DNA of 64,000 bases from Balanoglossus misakiensis (taxonomy: Eukaryota; Animalia; Hemichordata). The stretch spans positions 10,855,403-10,919,402 of the forward strand of contig CM082587.2 of assembly GCA_040954595.2 (NCBI GenBank), read 5' to 3'. This document shows, piece by piece, positions 24,701-37,404 of the stretch (positions are counted from its first letter, which is position 1; every line of letters starts with the position of its first letter). The position numbers were made by a program, and so were the translations under genes. The notes below the pieces were generated by a model. That model searched no databases and was not told the DNA's origin. It was given only the letters and a program-made list of their open reading frames with translations.

Positions 24701-27700
24701 TGTCTATCACGGTTATTTAAATAACATAAAACATCTGATATCTACAGAAACAGTACTATTATAGTGGAAAACATGACAAAAATATTCAAGTAGTATATCA
24801 CTCACATTTTGTGTTATGAAGACATGGCCACACTGTTTGGGATACTTTTATCAAATGTTATGTGATACTATATCAGCCTGTTTTGGGGATCTTGACAATG
24901 ACATATATTAGACTTTTCATACACAGCATGAGGTAGAATTTCAGAAACGATTAGGTAATAAGACTGCATATCTCATAGGAAATAATCACTTTAGAAGTAT
25001 TACGATAAAAAAAAATCATTTCACTCTTATTGGGAGCATACATTTGTAAAACATACATACAGATATGAATACAGACATAGAGAGATCAAGGTGTATACGA
25101 TTTTCAGTGGGGGAGGGGGTCCTCCTTAATTGCAAACAACTATGTAATGGTAATTTCCCTTTTATAATAAGAATTTTTGAGGTATAAGGAAAAAATATCT
25201 AACAAAATAAACAAAAAAACTAATTCAGCTATGATTTGATTCAATTATCATTCTAAAGAAGCACATATCATTAACTCACAACTAAACTTTTAAAGTGATC
25301 AACCATACACTTTCTGAGAATTTTTTTTATGCCCCCAAAATACAATTTTTTCATTTTCAGAACATTTATGATATATCACATTAAAAAAATCCCCTGGAAA
25401 CTGCAAAACAAAAAATTGCAAAGCAATCAAACAAAATGGCAAAAATTGTCCACAAAAACTATATTGACACTTCCATCATAGGATTTGTTAAAATGTCGTG
25501 ATAACACACCTAGGAACCTGCAAACCAAATTTCAAAGAACTGTGAGTAGAGGTTTTTGAGTATTTGACCAAAATCACCCCAAAAATATACTTCAAAAAAT
25601 GAAAAAAAATCCATGAGGTCTCAAAATGAATACACACCAATTTCTAAAGCAATTTGACCAGTTTCCACCAATTTCACATTGGTCCCAGTGGTAGATAGAC
25701 ATATACGAAATGGGAACCAAAGAATAAAACACATTTCAAAGATTTAACACATCTTTTTCCTCAAGAGTGTTTTTCAAATCTTCTCCACATCCTTCAAAAT
25801 CGCCACCATAAAGCCATATTACTTGTAGTGCTTATGTTTGTCATATCTAGGTGATGCATACCACTATAGATGTGTACCCTTTGTATAGAGGCAGATTAAA
25901 CAGGTGTGGTACCTGTTAAATATCTGACTTCTTTAAATTACAGCCACAATCGTCTGTCAACAAGGTGTTCATGTAGATGTATACCTAGCAGTAAGCTTAT
26001 TTAGATTGACAAATCTTAGATGAAAATAATGAAAAAGTGGCACAACCCTTAGGGCTTTAACTAGCAGCTTTATGCCAGATGAGTTTGAGTCTAACGATGT
26101 AATGTTGACATTAAGGTTTCATTGAAATAACTTGGGAACCTCTCTACTATTTGAAGCACCAAAGCTGTGAAAAACTTCCTTCTTTCCCTGATTTTTTATG
26201 AATATGTTCTAATCTGGGACACAAATTTGTTGCCAAGTGTCTTGACCCCTTTACCAAATGTCAGGGACCGGATTTTTTTCAGCAAAATTTCAAATAACCT
26301 TGGCTGATTTTTTACCTACTTTAACATATTGGGTAGCATGAAACAAAGTATGGCTTCCAGAAGGGTTATAGATACAGTGTTTTGTAATAACAAGAATTAA
26401 CATGAAACTATAATTTCATGGTTAATTTAGGACCGCCTTAATCTATGGTAACGTCATTAAATATTTGCATATCTAATTGTAGGCTATCCAGTGGAGAGAG
26501 AAACCTAAACATGGACAACATTGGGGTCAAAATTGTTTGACAAAACTTTGGGTGACTTTGGGTAAACCTTGACCAACATTACTATATCTTGGCATCCAGA
26601 GCAGATGCAACCTTGACACTTGGAGTGATGGAAATGCATAATGGAGTATTATGTCTCAGCTAGTCACAGTGCTTTTGCTGTGTTTTATGTCTTTTATTTA
26701 GCCACATGAGATGTTTTTTATTACACATTGGCTGTGTTTGCCAGTACTTTTTAGCTGGTCACACTGCCTTAAGACAATGTATTCTCAAAATACCATGCAA
26801 TCATTATGAAGCATATACAGCAGACAAAGTTATGGTATGACTGAACTTGCCCTTCTTTGTGACTAAAGCATGACCGGCCTGTCTTAGGTGGCCCCTACCT
26901 AGGGGCTTTACCCGTCATTGGCTCACAGTCTGAGAAATCAGCTTTGCAGGGAAGTTAACGATGTAACCCACCATTTAAAGCTTGGATTTCCGCTTTTTGT
27001 ATCTGATGCCTGGCTGAGGCCTTCTTGGGATCTACCCAACGCTGAGTAGGCTATCCCGTCATTGGCACACAGTCTCAGGGAGGGAGTCAAAAGTTCAGTA
27101 TACCAGCAAAGCCTTTATATTGTCCATTCTTTTTAAGAGAAGGCTGGCTGCTGTAGAAAAATGTTGATCTCAAATTTATCATGTCCAAAAAAGGCAGACT
27201 TCCAGCCCTATTGGTTAGGCTGGCATTATGTATGTACATAATTAATGAGGCAAGACATAATATTCCATTACATAGTTCCATCACTCCAAGTGTCAAGGAT
27301 GTATCTGTGCCGGATGCCAAGATATAGGAATGTAGGTCAAAGTTTACCCAAGATCACCCAAAAGTTTGTCAAAAGATTTTGACCCCGAAGTTGTCCATGT
27401 CCAGGTTACCACATCCACTAGAATAAGATATGCACATATTTAATGAGGTTACCATAGCTCAAGGGGGTCTTTAATTAACCATCAACATCAACTGTATCTA
27501 TAACCCTACTGGTAAGCCTAGAATTAGGTACATGCGAAAGTTTTTGACAAGATAGATAAGTTGTAAAATATGTACATGAACCTGACAATTGACTTAAAAT
27601 AACATAAGGCAGACTTGATACTTATCGGAGATAGATACTAATAACAACAGTGATGTTAATTACACCGGGAATGTTTGTCTTATTATAGCTACATGTAAAA

Positions 27701-30700
27701 GACTGCTTGAGGTAATGTAATGAAAGTGACCACTTGCGATTCACCTTCAAAGTGCTATGCAAGTCTATGGTACATTGTTTTTCCAATGATTGGACAAAGG
27801 ATATTCATAATGTGTAATTAAGGCTGGATAGCATTTTCAATGTAATAAGCCCTGCCTTCACTATAATCTTACGCCAAATCAACATTGTTCAGTTTATGTT
27901 AATAACTTCACTAAGGGACACTTGTTACATCAAATTTCCCAGCAAGGGGTGTCAGATTATTGGGCAAGTGGCATGCATGACACTAGACGATACTTTTGGA
28001 AGCAAAGCGGACAGAACACGGCTGGATATAGACTAGGTAATTCTGAATGTGACCATGAACTGTACCACAAACTCTGTATTGTATGTTTCTGAAGAATCCC
28101 ATTTAACCCAGACATCAACATACTTCAACCTTGTAAGAAGTAGAACATACATGATTTACTAGTAAATATTTGCTAGGTTATTAGACACTTTGGATTACAC
28201 AAAAATAGGTGTGTACACCGCTGTGACATTGCCAAGCAGATATGACCTACCAGGTAACCTAATACAATTTCACAGGAATCGGAGTATTTTCAGTGAAAAC
28301 AACATTTCTTCAACAATGACAAAAACTGCCTCAACCACAAAAATTCAGATATCAACAAATCCAACAATATCTCACTTCAATCACCACAAGGAACATGCCT
28401 ACCAAAATTGAAAGCAATCTGACATGCGGTTTCAAAGAATAAAAATTGCAAAAATTGCCTCAAGACCACAAATATGCAAATTTCACCAAAATGATATACA
28501 ACATTACTTGGGTTACCTCATGGAACAAGCAAACCAAAATTTAAATGCAACCTGACCTGACATGGAGTTTCAGAGAAAATGATTTTTGACCAAAAATGAC
28601 AAAATTATATTTCCCAAAAATTACAAATTTTGCCACAATTTAAACAATACTAACAAAGATTACCTATAGGAAATAGCATACTAAATTCTAGATACAATTC
28701 ACGATATTAGCTGAAAGTATATCAGGCGTGACATAAGCTACATGCATACAAATGTTCAAAGCAATCTGACCAGTTGTTGAGTTTCTGAGTTTTGATCAAT
28801 TTCACATTGCTCCAGGTAATTAGCATATTTCATTTGAACAGGCGTGCCTGCATCTAAAAACCCAATATCAAGACTTACCACACAGACTCTGTATTGTATG
28901 TTTCTGGAGTAATCAAATAAAACCAATCATGAAAATACTTCAACCTTCTTAATATGAACAAAATCCTATTTACAGGCTGGCCTGCATCTACACACCAAAT
29001 ATCAAGGGGATACGCGAAGGGGTTTTCAAGTTTTTGATGTGGACAGACATACATACATCCATACATACTACATACACACATACAGAGGCAACTGACTGGT
29101 CAGAAGGCATGAGCAAAAATGCAGGAAATCAATGTTGTGACACTGGTAGTAGGCCTTAATGTATACAATATCAAGACAGTTTATTTAACATGAAGTTTGA
29201 TATGTTGATAATCATTCAGAGCTAAGCATATTTTGAAATTGTAAAATTAATATCAATCACATGAAAACTGACAGCATGCTTTCATTTGGAAATTTAGGTA
29301 TTGTAATTAACACTAACAGTCATGAAACTACTGAATCGTCAATAAAATCATACAGTAGAAATTAATGGGTTTTCTATTTATATGCGATGTGAAAATGCAA
29401 CTTGTGGTCCTTCGGCCAGTAAGAGGCATCAGATAATATTGTAAGACCCAGTTGCCCAATTGATTAGACCTACATGTATGCGCTGTGTGAAGCGCAAGTT
29501 ATGGCAACTGAATTCACAGGACAGTGAAGAAAGTGGAATCACTCAAGGTACATATGTATACATGTAGGCTAACAATTGAATCACAACACAGAGAATAGTT
29601 CTCCATATTCATTTTTAATACGATAAGATTCACTGAATTGGCGCATCCATGGGCAGGCAAGGTTAGTTCCAACTCAGTTTGCAAATCAGGCCCATGTATC
29701 TTGTTCCCTGAGACTGTCTGCTTCTAATAATAGCTGTAAGAACATAATCGTTGACCGAAGGGTTGGTTCAATTTTGCAACATTTTATGATTTCAAGCTGT
29801 GCAATATTTGCAACTCAGTTTCAACTTTGGTTGGAGGGATGATGATGAAGCAATTTCACTGACAAAATAGCACTACTAACTGACGTCAATATTTGTTCAA
29901 AGTTAAATGCATTGCCATCAGAAAAATGTATACGAAAAGTTTCGTATGTGAATAATAACACTTTTTCGCATAACTGCAAACCCTGTCACAGTTGTGAAAT
30001 TCTAAGAAAATTCATTCATTAGGTAGAATTCGTGCTTTATGAATTCTTAAACAAACTTAGTCATGAAACCTAAATGGTTACCTTACACATGTGGAGGCTC
30101 GACTTCTGTGATATGATAGTCTTCAATTAATGTGTATGTGATTCCATACAAATCCATATGATTACCTGAACGTACAAAATAAATTAAAAATAAATACATA
30201 AGTTAAAAATAAATAAGTATCTCATACATATGCATAAGTGCTTGCGAGAAATATATCATATATCTAAATAAACCTGTCATTTATTGACCTCATTTTCCCA
30301 GTAAACCAAAGGACTAAATTGCACTTTAATATTACAGCTTCATTTCAATGCAACAGGTACACTACATCATAAGGGAACAAATATGCCAGCTCAACATTTA
30401 TATAAACAGTGTCAAAATTTAAGTGGCTACAAAAGCTTGTGTCCCTTCAATCCATCCTCCCACTCAGGTCAAACGTGTTACATATTAAAATTGCAATGTG
30501 CATACAATACAATTAGTCTTTTGTAAATTCAGACTGAGAAAATATGACTGATAAACATTATCTGGCACATGTTGGTGAATGGCTGGCGTTGATGTTGTGG
30601 GTTGAAATCCGAACTATGATTATCGCGGGTACAAATCACATTTATTTTCTCAGAGACAACACGTTTGCAACTTCGGGACAGAAAGGTGAAAACGAACGTC

Positions 30701-31005
30701 ATTAGTTCTTGGGAAAAAACTCTGAAATCAATTTCGGTGAGGTCAAATGTGTTCCAAAGGCAAACCGTTTCTGGTAAACAAATCAATGGCAAATAGTTAC
30801 TTCGGCGACTTACCATTCAATCAACATGGCTGCCAAATCGTTGGATATCCCGGTTTCATCTCGCGATCATTCTATCTTCCGATATGGCGTTGCTTGGTTA
30901 AATTCGTCTCTTCTTTGCCGACATAGTCGGGCGACAGCGGTCCAGAAGCATATACAGCGACGCCATCTTGTTTACAATGTGAAGTATCAACTGCGCATGC
31001 TCAAT
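21716..31005 (+). repeat. Left arm of a large diverged inverted repeat (partner 48839-59799)
   Basis: Collinear reverse-complement matches: 21716-21900 vs 59620-59799, 22300-23100 vs 57400-58700, 25400-28900 vs 52850-56460, and 29400-31005 vs 48839-51000. Confidence 0.88.
23157..23964. mobile_element. PIF/Harbinger-like MITE
   Basis: TIRs GGGACTGTTCAGTTTT and AAAACTGAATGGTCCC, with TAA on both sides. It is absent from paralogous sites at ~50515 and ~57345. Confidence 0.8.
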
Positions 31006-31759
31006 GGTTGTTGATTGGAAAGTGGGCAGAGCCTGCAAGATCCAGGGTTCGCTTGACCGGCCAAACACGGTTATTCTCCCTGGACCAAATCATTTAAGCG
31101 TCAGGCGTAATACATCACATAATTGACTGGAAAACTAAACAGTCTTCCACCTATATATCAACACAGTTTATTAAACTAGCACCCGCGCAAATATTTACAA
31201 GTATATGATTAAAATTGATCAAATCATTAATCGCACGGTTACAGCTGTCATAGTTTCTAATAATATTATTCACTGGTAGCGCTGACATACCATGTTGAAA
31301 CTTGTCGCGGAAAACAAGATAATTGATCTTACGGTGTCATTTGTTTTTAAAAAGTGCTTAATAACTATTGATCCCATTGATATATTTTTCCATATTTATA
31401 TATTTTTCGCAAATTTTGACTGCTTGGGCTACTAATAGCATGGTGATCACAATGGATTTACCACCTCCCAGCTGCGTTATAAAAGAATGCCTATTCTGTG
31501 GACACTAGCCTCATCGAAGACCGAACGTGTTCATCGATGTTTCCATTCATGACGAACTCCAATGCAGGCGTCGCAGTCATTCTGGCTTTCACGCTGTGGG
31601 CACCTCTGGTGACAGCAATTCCCAACAAGTTGCGGGTAAGTAATCACACAACCTATATGAGTGAAAGTTTCTTGTCATTTTCGCAACGTCAAGGTTGATA
31701 TTCTCTTCTTGGATCGAAAATGTGTGACACAACAAATGAATCTGCGTGGCAGGGTCGGG

Positions 31760-34700
31760 TACGGCGCGCCAAGTGTTTCAAAATTATTTATCATTATTTT
31801 ATAGAAAATTGATGTCTTTTAACAAAAAAAATACGTAAAAAACACAAAAAACTGATTGGTGGTTTAAAAAACAACGAGTGTAAAAAGTAATCCACCGTGG
31901 AGTCAAAAAAACAACAAAAAAAAACAAAAAAACACTAACACACACAGAAGAAAATCTCACCTATTGTAAAAAAAACCACCAAGCTCACCAAAAAATACGC
32001 CCACAAGGCAGTTGAAAAAAAAATCACTTATTTGTCACAAAAAAACCACGCGCACATTTTTCACGAAAAACGCACACTTCATCCCCACAAAAAATACACA
32101 CAAAGTATTAAAAAGAACACTCTTTGAAAAAAAAGAGAGACTACAACTTGAAAAAAATGCACACCCCCAGAACAAACAACACAGGCAAACATAGAAAAAA
32201 CACGAACATGTTAGCCATAAAAAACTGAGATATTTGTCACCGAAAAAAACCCGCACTCATGTCACCCCAAAACTAACGGACCGCTTTAAAAAACGCAGAT
32301 GCACTGAGGTTGCAAAAATAAGCACATTTTTAATCCCCCGAAAAAAAAACCAGGCAATTTGAAAAAAACGCACAGCAATTTGCAAAAAAAAAATAGGAAC
32401 ATTTGTCACCCCAAAAAAACCAGGCAATTTGAAAAAAAAACGCAGAGCAATTTGCAAAAAAAAAATAGGAACATTTGTCACCCCAAAAAAAACATGCAAT
32501 TTGAAAAAATAAAACGCAGAGCAATTTGCAAAAAAAAAAATATAGGAACATTTGTCACCCAAAAAAAACCAGGCAATTTGAAAAAAAAAACGCAGAGCAA
32601 TTTGCAAAAAAAAAATATAGGAACATTTGTCACCCCAAAAAACAGGCAATTTGAAAAAAAAAACCGCAGAGCAATTTGCAAAAAAAAAAAATAATAGGAA
32701 CATTTGTCACCCAAAAAACAGGCAATTTGAAAAAAAAAAACACGATATAAAATTTGAAAAAAAAATATATAGGCACATTTGTCACCCAAAATATTCAGGC
32801 AGATCCAAGTTGTAAAAAATGGTATATTTGTCATCCAAAAAATAAAACAAGCGTGTTTAAAAAAACGAGCATTCAGTTGTAAAAATAAATAATAGTCTTT
32901 AACAACTTGAAAAAAAAACGGATGCATTTGAAAGAATAGCGTATGCGCATGCGCCGAAAAAAAATGAGTGAGAAATGCGCTCCAAAAAAAAAAGAGAGAT
33001 TTTGCTAGAGGAGTCTGGGTAATCTTAAAAAAAAAACAGAGTGTGAAAATAAGTTGACTCGAAGAAGAGAAAAGAAAGGGGAAACACACAAACCGTCACA
33101 CAGGACAAACAACAGTCTCCTCATCGCCGAGGCGTACGCGTGATGATATGATAAGTGTTTACGTCTGTGAGATGGTGTGTGTATGTGTCGGATAGAACGC
33201 GAGTCGACTAGAATCCGAGTCGACTGAAGGTTACTGTGGTGGACGCGAATATGTGGTCGCCATTGTGGGATTCCTTCGTGAAGGAAGAGAAGCCACTTGT
33301 TCGGGACCACATAAACATGATACCGTCATGATACCACACAGTCAAACATGACACCACTGGCACTACGTCCGCGGTTTGCTATTCTAGATTTGGTCTACAG
33401 AAATCGTGAAATTTGTAGCATAATCATCTGTGATGTAAGACAAATCTAAACCCCAAACGGCAGAACTGAAAGTTGCCCAAGAGTTGGCATGGTGCCCACA
33501 ACTAATACTGTCTTCTGTGCAGTACTAGCGAACTATACAAAAAATCAGCTCAGTTTTGACAACTTATAAATATTGGAAAAAAATATTTTATTTAGAAACT
33601 GTTTGTTATTTGTTGTATTTTTCAAAGTGAGGTATGAATGACCTTCGGGAAATCGTTGTCATGTGTATGAATTCACCGCAAATCGTTTGTTTACATTTGG
33701 CTGGTAAAAGGTCAAATACCCCAAAGGAGTCGCTCAGTCCATAATTTATAGTTGATCGTTTCCGCGTCATCCGCGTTGAAACTCTGTGTACTGTACAAAA
33801 GAATATGGAAAGTTATTGTACGTTTCAGCATCACAGGTTACAGCAGGAGTTGTTCATAATGACAGTTCGTTCGACCATGTTAAACGCAACGCTCCGGTCA
33901 TATGTGGTCCCGAACAAGTGGCTTCACTTCCTTCACGAAGGAATCCCACAATGGCGACAATATATTCGCGTCCACCACAGTAACCGTCAGTCGACTCGGA
34001 TTCTAGTCGACTCGCGTTCTATCCGACACATACACACCACCTCACAGACGTAAACACTTGTCATATCATCACACGTACGCATCGGCGATGAGGAGACTGT
34101 TGTTTGTCCTGTGTGACGGTTTGTGTGTTTCCCCTTTCTTTTCTCTTCTTCGAGTCAACTTATTTTCACACTCTGTTTTTTTTTTTAAGATTACCCAGAC
34201 TCCTCTAGCAAAATCTCTCACTTTTTTTTTTTGGAGCGCATTTCTCACTCATTTTTTTTTTCGGCGCATGCGCATACGATATTCTTTCAATTGCGTCCGG
34301 GTTTTTTTTCAAGTTGTTAAAGACTATTATTTATTTTTACAACTGAATGCTCGTTTTTTTTAAACACGCTTGTTTTATTTTTTGGATGACAAATATACCA
34401 TTTTTTACAACTTGGATCTGCCTGAATATTTTGGGTGACAAATGTGCCTATATATTTTTTTTTCAAATTTTATATCGTGTTTTTTTTTCAAATTGCCTGT
34501 TTTTTGGGTGACAAATGTTCCTATTATTTTTTTTTTTGCAAATTGCTCTGTGTTTTTTTTTTCAAATTGCCTGTTTTTTTTGGGTGACAAATGTTCCTAT
34601 ATTTTTTTTTTGCAAATTGCTCTGCGTTTTTTTTTTTCAAATTGCCTGGTTTTTTTTGGGTGACAAATGTTGCTATATATTTTTTTTTTTGCAAATTGCT

Positions 34701-35546
34701 CTGCGTTTTTTTTTTCAAATTGCCTGGTTTTTTTTGGGTGACAAATGTTCCTATATATATTTTTTTTGCAAATTGCTCTGCGTTTTTTTTTTCAAATTGC
34801 CTGTTTTTTTGGGTGACAAATGTTCCTATATATTTTTTTTTTGCAAATTGCTCTGCGTTTTTTTTGCAAATTGCCTGTTTTTTGGGTGACAAATGTTCCT
34901 ATTTTTTTTTTTTTTTTGCAAATTGCTGTGGTTTTTTTTTTCAAATTGCCTGTTTTTTTTCGGGGGATTAAAAATGTGCTTATTTTTGCAACCTCAGTGC
35001 ATCTGCGTTTTTTTAAAGTGGCCCGTTAGTTTTGGGGTGACATGAGTGCGGGGGTTTTTTTCGGTGACAAATATCTCCGTTTTTTATGGCTAACATGTTC
35101 GTGTTTTTTCATGTTTGCCTGTGTTGTTTGTTCTGGGGGTGTGCATTTTTTTCAAGTTGTAGTCTCTCTTTTTTTTTTTCAAAGAGTGTTCTTTTTACTA
35201 CTTTGTGTGTGTTTTTTGTGGGGGTGAAGTGTGCGTTTTTCGTGGAAAATGTGCGCGTGGTTTTTTTGTGACAAATAAGTGATTTTTTTTTTGCAACTGC
35301 CTTGTGGACGTTTTTTTTGGTAAGCTTGGTGGTTTTTTTTTAACAACAGGTGAGATTTTCTTCTGTATGTGTTAGGTTTTTTGTTGTTGTTGTTGTTTTT
35401 TTTACTCCACGATGGATTACTTTTTACACTCGTTGTTTTTTAAACCACCAATCAGTTTTTTGTGTTTTTACGTATTTTTTTTGTTAAAAAACATCAATTT
35501 TCTATAAAATAATGATAAATAATTTTGAAACACTTGGCGCGCCGTA
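31760..35546. mobile_element. Non-autonomous foldback DNA transposon, IS3EU-like
   Basis: Inverted arms of ~1.55-1.65 kb (31760-33312 and 33902-35546) with TACGGCGCGCCAAG...CTTGGCGCGCCGTA termini. Flanks GTCGGG and GTCGGC are a 6-bp TSD with one mismatch. The arms contain ~70-75-bp tandem subrepeats. TAY..RTA ends with a 6-bp TSD are the reported IS3EU signature. Confidence 0.8.
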
Positions 35547-36261
35547 GTCGGCTGTGTCTTTTGCTTCGAGGCATAGTCGTCAGACACACATCCCTAACAC
35601 GCGAAGCCAGCTTATCCTTTGATCAAATGGCAGCGCTATTCTAAATATTTTACAGCATGCCGTAAAGGACAAACACGTGCCGCTGGAAGAGGCCAACACT
35701 CAGCAGAGACGGCAAGATGTTAACGGAGGTGAGCCCCAACAATAAATTAATATTGTTCCTTTTATTTAGAAAACGCCGCATAATTAGCCAACCAATCATG
35801 GTTATGAGAAACCTCCAAAATACAATGTATCGATATTTACTGCATCTTTTCATACTTCGCCCGCGCTTTAAAAACCCTATAGCTGCTAAAATTGGCATAT
35901 TTTTTTCCAGAGTAAAATACTTCATATGTATATTCCCTATTCCCTAAAATCTTCACCCGTGACCATTAAGCCATATTACTTGCATTTGCATTGGTTTGTC
36001 ATCACTTGGCGTCGCATTTCACGATAGCTGCTTAGCTGCTATTGTTTGTATGAAGGCTGATTAAATCGGTGAGGCACCGTTTTAATACATAGCATGTTCC
36101 AATTGCAACATGCAGTCACAATCGGGCATCGATAAGATGTTTATGTATACCTATCAGTAAGCTTATTTTGATGAACCAATTTAAGTTGGAAAATAAAATC
36201 ATGAAAATAATGCAAAAAGTGGCAGCTTTAAACTACAGTTCTCCCAAATTGTCTTGACTAA

Positions 36262-36412
36262 ATGACATACATGTGGTCAAAAGTTCTGACTGCAGAAGAG
36301 GTTGCAGCTGTGGCGGGGGACTGTTCAATTGGAGGAAATATATTTACATGGAATACAGACAATATTGAAATGGCAGCAGAAATAGTTCCTACTGAAAAGA
36401 ATGCTATCTGCA
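36262..36412 (+). pseudogene. Exon fragment resembling the C-terminus of a pentraxin/LamG domain
   Basis: MWSKVLTAEEVAAVAGDCSIGGNIFTW matches the pentraxin W-x-x-V-L-[ST]-x-x-E..C..GN[IV]xxW pattern. It ends at a GTGAGT donor (36413). The 5' boundary was not found. Confidence 0.6.
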
Positions 36413-37297
36413 GTGAGTATCACGACTTTAAAATGAAAGATTTTGCAAATTAAAAAAAAATATTGAGTGTTTTGACATGCGTCAGTGGTCAGTAACACAC
36501 AAGCTGCATGATAAGAGGGTCACGAGAAATTGTAAGCCGCAATGTATAATGGATTAACTCCATGACCTATGCGACCTACGAACTGTGACGTACAGAATTT
36601 ATTTCTACGTGTAATGCGGTCTGCGGCAGTGAGCCACAGACCGCATTGCGAGAGCAGTGAGAATTCACCACAATGCAAACTTTCTGAACGTAGGTTGATC
36701 TTCGAATGAAATATTACCTTGTCACCAGTTTTCCACATGGCTACACTGTAAAATTGGGTGACGTGTTCGTTCACAAGTGGAATAATTGTGAGTAGTAAAG
36801 CACGCGAAGTTAAGCAACGAGCACGTTTTGAAATGCGCGCAGATGATCCCAGTTTAGCAAATTCAGGCCATTGCGTGCATGCAAAAAAAATAATACTGTA
36901 CCGGGGGTGAGCCTACTTTCTTTCCATACAGATACACGTATATGTTGGTTAAGGTATGTGACAAACAGTTTTCATGTAACAGCCAGTGATGCTGACCATA
37001 AAACCAGCGCAGCTGATGCTTTCATCTACAATTTGCAACATGGACGTTTGTGTCTCTGCATGTGTCGTGCATGTTACTGCTGAACAAAAAAGATATGCGG
37101 GCACCACAGGCTGGCGAAAGCGGTGCTCACGTGCTCTGCAAGCTGATGTTGTCACTAAATTGGCAAAGTATTGTACACATGGAGGAGTTTCTTGAGCTGT
37201 ATGTTGTATAAATGTCGGTTGTGAGTACATTATTTTTTATTTTTTTTAATAATTTTCAAAGCCCCTGTGATTGAAGCATATTATTACGACTCATCCG

Positions 37298-37404
37298 TTC
37301 ATCATTCATTCATTCATTCATTCATTCATTCATTCATTCATTCATTCATTCATTCATTCATTCATTCATTCATTCATTCATCCATTCAGTCAGTCAGTCA
37401 GTCA
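37298..37404. repeat. (TTCA)n/(GTCA)n microsatellite
   Basis: About 20 TTCA units followed by GTCA units. Confidence 0.95.

Noticed and set aside
32012-35271. Many Phe- or Lys-rich ORFs
   Set aside because: Translation artefacts of the poly-A/T subrepeats in the foldback arms.
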